A stretch of DNA of 30,202 nt. Origin: Octopus sinensis (taxonomy: Eukaryota). Positions 22,486 through 30,202 of this stretch are shown here, in pieces. The notes beneath the pieces are model-generated. The model saw only the letters and a program-made list of their open reading frames with translations. It had not been told where the DNA came from and did no database searches. The position numbers and the translations under genes were made by a program. The stretch covers positions 1 to 30,202 of the forward strand of contig NW_021832687.1 in NCBI RefSeq assembly GCF_006345805.1, in the 5' to 3' direction. Within the stretch, counting starts at the first letter, position 1. Each line of letters starts with the position of its first letter.

Positions 22486-22627
22486 GTAGTCCCGGGTTGA
22501 TTCGGGGTTAACCACAGTAAATAAGGTACTCAATACATAGCAGAGTAAAATTAATTTATTATATAGAAGGAGCTTCTACAGGACTAGAACTGTTTCATTC
22601 AATAGAATCTTCAGGAAGCTCCTATAT
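22486..22627 (-). mobile_element. ~140-bp hammerhead-bearing insert within an (AT)n tract
   Basis: A complex-sequence island flanked on both sides by long (AT)n, containing the hammerhead at 22568-22623. Confidence 0.55.
22568..22623 (-). ncRNA. Type I hammerhead ribozyme motif
   Basis: The minus strand reads AGGAGCUUC-CUGAAGA-UUC-UAUU-GAA-U-GAAA-CAG-UUCUAGUC-CUGU-A-GAAGCUCCU. Stem I is a perfect 9 bp, stem III 4 bp, with a GUA cleavage triplet. Stem II is short and atypical. Confidence 0.75.
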
Positions 22628-22628
22628 A

Positions 22629-22679
<51 letters not shown>

Positions 22680-23737
22680 TGATAATATATTATTACTATT
22701 AGGAATTAAAATATATATCAAAAAACTCCTCAGAAAGATATACACGTATGAAAAATAATTGTTGTATTAAAAATATAAATATAAATAAGTATAAATTTGT
22801 ATAAAAATGTATGTAAATATGTATAAGTAAGAATATATATGTGTATGACAGTTTAAAAGTTTTGAATTGAGTATTTACAGCATCTTACGATAGTTTCACA
22901 GAATTGTTGTCCCTGTAATGAAATCCTATATCGATAAGCATTTATAGTCAACTCTTCTGCTCTTCAGAGATATAAATTTGAATTTTGTATAATATATCGA
23001 ATGATAGTTTTTTTTTTTTTAAATTTGAAGTAATACTATAAAATGGTGTTTGTTTGAAAGATGAATTAAAAATGAAGACCCTGTGGAGGGCTCTTCATTG
23101 AACCTTTGACCCAATAATGACACTTCATGCATTAAGTAAATATTAAATTTTTTAAACTTGACCAATATTTGTCAAGCAATGGACAATTTTCATCAAAACA
23201 ATGATATAATTTGCCGACTTGGAACTTATTGGAAAGTTGCATGATAAATGATATTATTTGTCTTCCTATTTAGGGGTCAGTACAATTTTTTGTCTAACCT
23301 CTTTCTATCTCTCTCTCTCTCTCTCTCACCCTCTTTCTCATTCTGTTGATTGTTTTCAACCAACACGAGTACCACCACCATCGCCACCACAACTGCCATA
23401 CGCACATCAGTCAGATTTCTGACGCCACCACCACCAATACCAATGACTTCGCCGCCTTCCTCTCCACCACCATCACTACTGTCTTTCACATCGCTTACTA
23501 TTAGCGTCATCCCTGACCGCCTCGGTTACCACCATCATCACCGTCGCCTCCATCACAACTACAGTTCATACTATTACTATCACCCCATGACCATCACAAC
23601 CGTCAATCTACTACCGCCGTCACCGTCTCTATGCCTGCATGATGAATAGTAGGAGTGTCACTGAATAGTGAGAGAAGAGGTCAAAGTGTGACACACTGAC
23701 ACAGAAATTCGGGTTGGCATTTATTATTATAGATGTA

Positions 23738-23848
23738 TTTTTGTAGGTGTTCTATCTTTACATTTCTACCAACCTTTATGAGCCATGTTGGTAGCTGAGT
23801 GCTAAAAAAAGACTGGTACAAATGTAAAGATATAACACCTACAAAAAA
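23738..23848. repeat. ~110-bp foldback / MITE-like inverted repeat
   Basis: TTTTTGTAGGTGTTCTATCTTTACATTTCTACCA pairs with TGGTACAAATGTAAAGATATAACACCTACAAAAA. Confidence 0.75.
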
Positions 23849-23884
23849 TCAGTATTGGGTGGAATTATTATTATTATTATTATT

Positions 23885-23937
23885 GAGTGAGAGAGCAGTG
23901 CATGCCATCAAAGTGACACTGTGGTAAAATATACGAA
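23885..23937 (-). mobile_element. Heavily 5'-truncated copy 5 (last ~53 nt) of the ~555-bp element
   Basis: TTCGTATATTTTACCACAGTGTCACTTTGATGGCATGCACTGCTCTCTCACTC followed by (AAT)n. Confidence 0.85.
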
Positions 23938-24184
23938 TTCTTCTTCTTCTTCTTCTTCTTCTTCTTCTTCTTCTTCTTCTTCTTCTTCTTTTCTTATTAT
24001 TATTTCTATTTATTATTATTATTATTATTATATTATTATTAATTATTATTATCATAATATCAACATCATCATCATCATCATTATTATTATTATTATATCA
24101 TCATCATCATCATCATTATTATTATTATTATATCACCATCATCATCAATCATCATCATCATTATTATTATCATTATTATTATTA

Positions 24185-24226
<42 letters not shown>

Positions 24227-24421
24227 CATTATTATTATTTTTATATTATTATTATTATTATTATTATTATTTTTATATTTTATCATAATATCACATCATC
24301 ATCATCATCATTATTATTATTATTATATCATCATCATCATCATCATTATATTATTATTATTATATCACCATCATCATCATCATCATCATCATTATTATTA
24401 TCATTATTATTATTATTATTA

Positions 24422-24514
<93 letters not shown>
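23938..24514. repeat. (TTC)n/(TTA)n/(TCA)n compound microsatellite
   Basis: Direct reading. Confidence 0.9.
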
Positions 24515-25063
24515 GAGTAAGAGAGCAGTGCATGCCATCAAAGTGATACAGGGGTACAAATATACGAAATCCAGTATACCCATCATGACTACCCGTCTAA
24601 TAAGGGTACACCAGGTACATACATCACATCCATATGTGTGTGACATGGTGATCTCATATCACAATATAAACAGTGCATGACCTTGCAGGTGGAACCCAGT
24701 TCGAATTTTCTTCAGGTCGAGTAACCCTATCCTGCTCAAACGTTCCTTGAATAAGAATTGTTTAAGAAGGTTGAAAGAAACACCCCTGTTTCTAGCAATG
24801 AGTTGTTCAAAATCCAGAGAATTCCTCTCAACATATGGCTATGATGCTCCTCCACTACTTCTGGTCGTGATCAGAGATGCACATATCTCCAGCCACTAAG
24901 AGACATTTTCAAATGGTTATGGTCAAACAGCTGACAAGAAAATCTGTGGTATTGAGCAGAATATTTGCTGTAGCCCATCTTCTATACCAAGACAAAACGT
25001 GCACATGATAACACTTCTAGAAGTGATGTGAGTCAGTACCTAGTACTGCATCAGGGCTTTTAT
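24515..25063 (-). mobile_element. ~555-bp (AAT)n-associated element, copy 3
   Basis: Full-length reverse-complement copy, directly downstream of the Dong-like LINE tail. Confidence 0.9.
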
Positions 25064-25080
25064 CATTATTATTATTTTAT

Positions 25081-25916
25081 AATCTTTGCAAGCTTCTAAC
25101 GCTGGAGATGTATGCGGTATCTGCTGTTCACTACCAATGAACTAAGGTAACACCCGCCTTACTTTTCGAACACCATCCGGAGTATTCGAGCGGTTCTAAG
25201 CAGTGTTATTTTCTGCAAGTGCGCCACCCTTATTGCAACCCCTATTTGTTCCATGTACTTCTCAAAATTTTACTCACTGTTCCCAGGGCTCCGACAATTA
25301 TTGGTACTACTGCTACCTTTTTCATCGACCACAACTGCTTTACCTCCCAAGCTAACCTGTCATACCTATCGACTTTTCTTTCTTCCTTATCACATATCTT
25401 GTTGTTAGCTGGACAGGCTATATCTATGATCCAGGATTGTTTGCTTTCTTTCACAATTAAGACTATGTCTGAATTCCTATTCTCTATCTCATGGTCCCAC
25501 CGAATCATAACATCCCATTTGATCTTTGCATTATCATTTTAGATGATGACTTCGGGTTTATGTTGTTCTTTCTTTTGCTCTGTCAAGTCCATACTTGTTG
25601 CATAGTGTCCGATGGATAATCCTTGCTACATTGTCATGACGTCTCTTATATTCTTTCTGGGCTAGTGGCATACATTGACTGGTAATATGCCATACGGTTT
25701 CACCATTTTGTCCACACATTCAGCACCTATCACTTTCTGATGTGTTGTCTATTCTGTATTTGATGTAATTGATTCTTAGTGCTTGCTCTTGGGCAGCACA
25801 GATTAGAGCCTCCGTTTCCCGGTTTAAATCACTTTCAGTCATCCATAGCCATCTTTTTTCTGTCATATCTTCAACATCCCTATGAAATTGTCCATGCATT
25901 CTTTTCTTTATCCACC
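25081..25916 (-). mobile_element. 5'-truncated R4/Dong-like non-LTR retrotransposon, second family
   Basis: Translates to WIKKRMHGQF...LNRETEALICAAQEQAL...C, RHDNVA, NSDIVLI...WIIDIACP...VVPIIVGALGTV and LQKITLLRTARILRMVFEK*. It is flanked by (AAT)n. Confidence 0.9.
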
Positions 25917-25956
<40 letters not shown>

Positions 25957-26470
25957 GAGTGAGAGAGCAGTGCATGCCATCAAAGTGACACTGGGGTAAA
26001 ATATACGAAGCCCAATATACCCATCATGACTACCCGTCTGATAAAGGTACACCAGGCACATGCATCACAACCATATGTGCGTGACATGGTGATCTCATAT
26101 CAAGATAAACCACATGACCTTGCAGGTGGGGCCCAGTTAGAATTTTCTTCAGGTTGAGTAGCCCATCCGCTCAAAAGGTCCCTGAATAAGGATTGTTAAG
26201 GATGTTGAAAGAACCACCATGTTTCCAGAGGTGAATTATTCAAACCCCAAAGAATCCCTCTCAACACATGGCTATGATGCTCCTCCACTACTTCTGCTCG
26301 TGATCAGAGATGCCACATCGTCAGCCACTAAGGGACATGCTCAACTGGTTAAGGTCAAACAACTGACAAGCAAATCTGTGGTATTGAGCAGAATATTTGC
26401 TGTAGCCCATCTTTTATACCAAGACAAAACAATGTACATGATAACACTTCCAATCAGTTAAGATCAGAAG
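25957..26470 (-). mobile_element. ~555-bp (AAT)n-associated element, copy 4 (about 40 nt 5'-truncated)
   Basis: Starts at TTCTGATCTTAAC with an intact 3' end. An (AAT)n tail joins it to the LINE at 25916. Confidence 0.9.
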
Positions 26471-26656
26471 TTATTATGATTATTATTATTATTATTATTA
26501 TTATATTATTATTATTTATTATTATTATCATCATCATTATTATTATTACTATCATTATTATTACTATCATTATTATTATTACTATCATTATTATTATTAT
26601 TATTATAATTACTATTATTATCATTATTATTATTATTATCATTATTATTATTATTA

Positions 26657-26705
<49 letters not shown>

Positions 26706-26715
26706 AATTATTATT

Positions 26716-26951
26716 GTTCGGTAGTTCGATTTAAAAAAAAATAATTACATTCTTTCATTGCATTACCGAGCGCAGCTCTGTGGTGCTTCGGTATGTGCAG
26801 CGGTTTGTTTTTGGTGTTATTATTTTTACTGCATTGAAAGTGCTTTAGTAGAATGTATGCGGTGCCTAGCATGCTATTTTCGGTACGCTATATATATTCG
26901 TAAGTCCTGATGTTTTGGTTATGTATTTATATGTTATTTATATGCATTCTG

Positions 26952-26952
<1 letters not shown>
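26716..26952 (-). mobile_element. 3' stub of an R4/Dong-like LINE (ORF end + 3' UTR), third family
   Basis: Frameshifted KYITKTSGLTNIYSVPKIA..LGTAYILxKALSMQ* followed by a UTR shared with 5106-5232 (CACAGAGCTGCGCTCGGTA). (AAT)n lies on both sides. Confidence 0.72.
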
Positions 26953-26982
<30 letters not shown>

Positions 26983-27032
26983 ATTATTATTATTATTTAT
27001 TATTATCATTATTATCATTATAGTTGTTGTTG

Positions 27033-27082
<50 letters not shown>

Positions 27083-27449
27083 GTCATTTCATTAATTCTG
27101 TATTTGTTTTGACTTCCATCTGAAACAAGTGGAAGGAGAGTGGAACATTTTAATTCGCAGCAATATTAGACAACAATTGAATTCATGATGGAACAATCTT
27201 CTGCAAAATAAATATACAAATATATAAATAAATAAATAAATAAATAAATTACTAAATAGCTGAATAAATACATAAAAAGTAAGCCTTAAAAACGAAAGAA
27301 AAATATGAAATCCAAAAATGTAACGAAGATTTTCTTCATTTTGTTTGCGAAGAAACTACGAAAAGGAGAAGTGGGAAGAAGCACCAAAAGTAACAAAGAA
27401 ATTAATAACTAACACGACTATGAAGAAAACATCAGCAGCAAGAACAAGA

Positions 27450-28026
27450 ATAAATTGAAAAGGAAGAAAGAAAGAAAGAAAGAAGAAAAGGAAGGAAAAC
27501 GGAATGAAAGAAAGAAAGAAAGAAAGACGGAAGGAAGGAGGGTAGGCAGGAATGAAGGAACGAAGGAAGGAATAGAGTGAGGAGGGATGGCGGTAAAAGA
27601 AAGAAAGAAAGGAAAAGGAGAGAAAGAAAAAAGAAAGGAAACAGGAAAGAAATACAGAAGTGGCAGAGAGAAAGAGAAAGGAAGAAAGAAGGAAGGAAGG
27701 AAAGAAGGAAGAAGGGATGGCAGGAAGAGAAGGCAGGAAGGAAGGAAGAAAGGAAAGAAGGAAAGAATAGAGGAAGGAGGGAAGGCGGAAGAGAGAGAAA
27801 AAGAAAGACAAAAGGAAAGAAAGACAGAAAGGGAGTGAAAGAAAAGAAGGAAAGAAGGAAACAAGAAAGAAATACAAAAGAGGCAGAGACAAAGAAAGAA
27901 AGAAAGAAAGAAGGAAGGAAAGAAGAAGGAAGGGATGAAGGAAGGAAGGAAGGAAGGAGGGATGGAAGGAAGGAAGAGAAGAAGGAAGGAAGGAAACAAG
28001 AAAGAAATACATAAAAGGCAGAGACA

Positions 28027-28058
<32 letters not shown>

Positions 28059-29142
28059 GAAAGAATGAAAGAAGGGATGGAGGAAGGAAGGAAGGAAGGA
28101 AGAAAGGAAGAAAGGAATAGAGGAAGGAGGGAAGGCGGAAAAAGTAAAAAGAAAAGTAGAGAGAGAGAAAAAGACAAAAAGAAAGGGAGAGAAAGAAGAC
28201 AGAAAGAAAAAAGGAGGAAACAAGAAAGAAATGCAGTAAAGAAAGAAAGGAAGAAAGGAAGAAATAATGGAAGAAAGAAAGACACAAAGAAAAAAGAAAG
28301 AAGAAAGAAAGAAAGAAGAAAAGAAAAAAGGATGAAGAAATAAAGAAAAAACGGAAGCAATGAATGAAGGGAAAAAAGGAAGAAGGAAAGAAAGAAAGAA
28401 AAAAGAAAGAAAGAAAGAAGAAAGAAAGGAACGAACGAACGAACGAAGGGATGGAGGAAGAAAGGAAGGCGCGAAAATAAGGAAAGAAAGGTAGACACAG
28501 AAATAAAGAAAAAAGAAAGAAGGAAAGAAAGAAAAAAAGAAAGAAAGAAAGGAAGAAAGAAAGAGAAAGAATGAAATAAGGGATGTAGGAAGGAAGGAAG
28601 GATTAGAAAGGAAATAAAGGAATAGAGGAAGGAGGGAAGTCGGAAAAATTAAAAAGAAAAGTAGAGAGAGAGAAAAAGACAAAAGAAATGGAGAGAAAGA
28701 AGACAGAAATAAAAAGGAGGAAACAATAAAGAAATGCAGTAAAGAAAGAAAGGAAGAAAGGAAGAAATAATGGAAGAAAGAAAGACACAAAAAAAAGAAA
28801 GAAGAAAGAAAGAAGAAAAGAAAAAAAGGATGAAAATAAAGAAAAAACGGAAGCAATGAATGAAGGGAAAAAGGAAGAAGGAAGAAATAAAGAAAAAAGA
28901 AAGAAAGAAAGAAGAAAGAAAGGAACGAACGAACGAACGAAGGGATGGAGGAAGAAAGGAAGGCGCGAAAATAAGGAAAGAAAGGTAGACACAGAAATAA
29001 AGAAAAAAGAAAGAAAGAAAGAAGGAAAGAAAGAAAAAAAGAAAGAAAGAAAGAAAGAAAGGAAGAAAGAAAGATAAAAAGAAAGGAAAGAAGAAAGAAT
29101 GAAAGAAGGAAAGAAAGGAAGGATGGAAGGAAGGAAGAAAAA

Positions 29143-29173
<31 letters not shown>

Positions 29174-29741
29174 GAAGGGTGGAAGAAAGATAAAAAGAAA
29201 GGAAGGAAGAAAGAATGAAAGAAGGAAAGAAAGGAAGGATGGAAGGAAGGAAGAGAGAAAGAAAGAAAGAAAGAAAGAAAGAAGGAAAGAAAAAAGGATG
29301 AAGAAAGAAAGAAAAAACGGAATAATGAACGAAGGGAAAGAGGAAGAAGGAAAGAAGTAAAGAAAGAAAGAAAGAAAGAAAAAAGAAAGAAAGAAAGAAA
29401 GAAAGAAGAAAGAAAGGAACGAACGAACGAAGGGATAGATGAAGAAAGGAAGGCGGGAAAATAAGGAAAGAAAGGTAGACACAGAAATAAAGAAAAAAGA
29501 AAGAAAGAAGGAAAGAAAGAAAAAAAGAAAGAAAGGAAGAAAGGAAGGGTGGAAGAACAGAAGATAAAAAGCAAGGAAGGAAGAAAGAATGAAAGAAGGA
29601 AGAAAGGAAGGATGGAAGGAAGAAGAAAGAAAGAAGAACGAAAGAAAGAAAGGAAACAGAAGGTGGAAGAAGAAAGATAAAAAGAAAGGAAGGAGGAAGG
29701 AAGAATGAAAGAAGGAAAGAAAGGAAGGATGAAGGAAGGAA

Positions 29742-29774
<33 letters not shown>

Positions 29775-29998
29775 GAAGAAAGGAAGGGTGGAAGAAAGAA
29801 AGATAAAAAGAAAGGAAGGAAGGAAGAATGAAAGAAGGAAAGAAAGGAAGGATGGAAGGAAGGAAGGAAGAAAGAAAGAAAGAAAGAAAGAAAGGAAGAA
29901 AGGAAGGGTGGAAGAAAGAATGAAAGAAGGAAAGAAAGGAAGGATGGAAGGAAGGAAGTAAGAAAGAAAGAAAGAAAGAAAGAAAGGAAGGAAGTAAG
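27450..29998. repeat. Polypurine (GAAA/GGAA) satellite with higher-order structure
   Basis: The plus strand is almost entirely A/G. Diagnostic motifs recur about 490-495 bp apart. Confidence 0.92.
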
Positions 29999-30119
29999 AT
30001 AATTTGAAAATTTTATCAAAATTAAAATTTTGATTAATCACTGGTTAGGATTTCGTGACTGCTATTTTTGTCGTACTAATACACCACACACACGTACTCA
30101 CACACACTAATACGCACAC

Positions 30120-30157
<38 letters not shown>

Positions 30158-30202
30158 TACATACAAATACAAACGTACAAATACAGATATGACGTATATA
30201 TG

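Noticed and set aside
27356-30041. Long F/L/S-rich ORFs (869, 456, 380, 323 and 289 aa)
   Set aside because: These are translations of the TTTC/TTCC strand, which lacks stop codons by composition; there are no domain features.

Overview
This is AT-rich eukaryotic DNA saturated with microsatellites. The repeat families and SSR density suggest an octopod cephalopod genome (inference). Almost all ORFs in the supplied track are low-complexity translations of microsatellites. The only host-gene signal I can support is a 150-nt terminal coding exon on the minus strand (21824-21973) resembling the CCDC148 C-terminus. The rest is a mosaic of mobile DNA: (i) R4/Dong-like RLE LINE fragments and a ~555-bp non-coding element, all sitting in (AAT)n tracts in the same relative orientation; (ii) tRNA-derived SINEs of several families; (iii) a deleted mariner, a pogo/Tigger-like MITE and a Helitron-like element; (iv) an open 139-codon Penelope-like GIY-YIG endonuclease frame missed by the ORF track. 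The most striking hidden signal is a set of six type I hammerhead-ribozyme-like motifs from about five unrelated short repeats. Two are strong, and two lie in the sense orientation on either side of the CCDC148-like exon. A ~2.5-kb polypurine GAAA/GGAA satellite with a ~495-bp higher-order period lies near the right end of the window.
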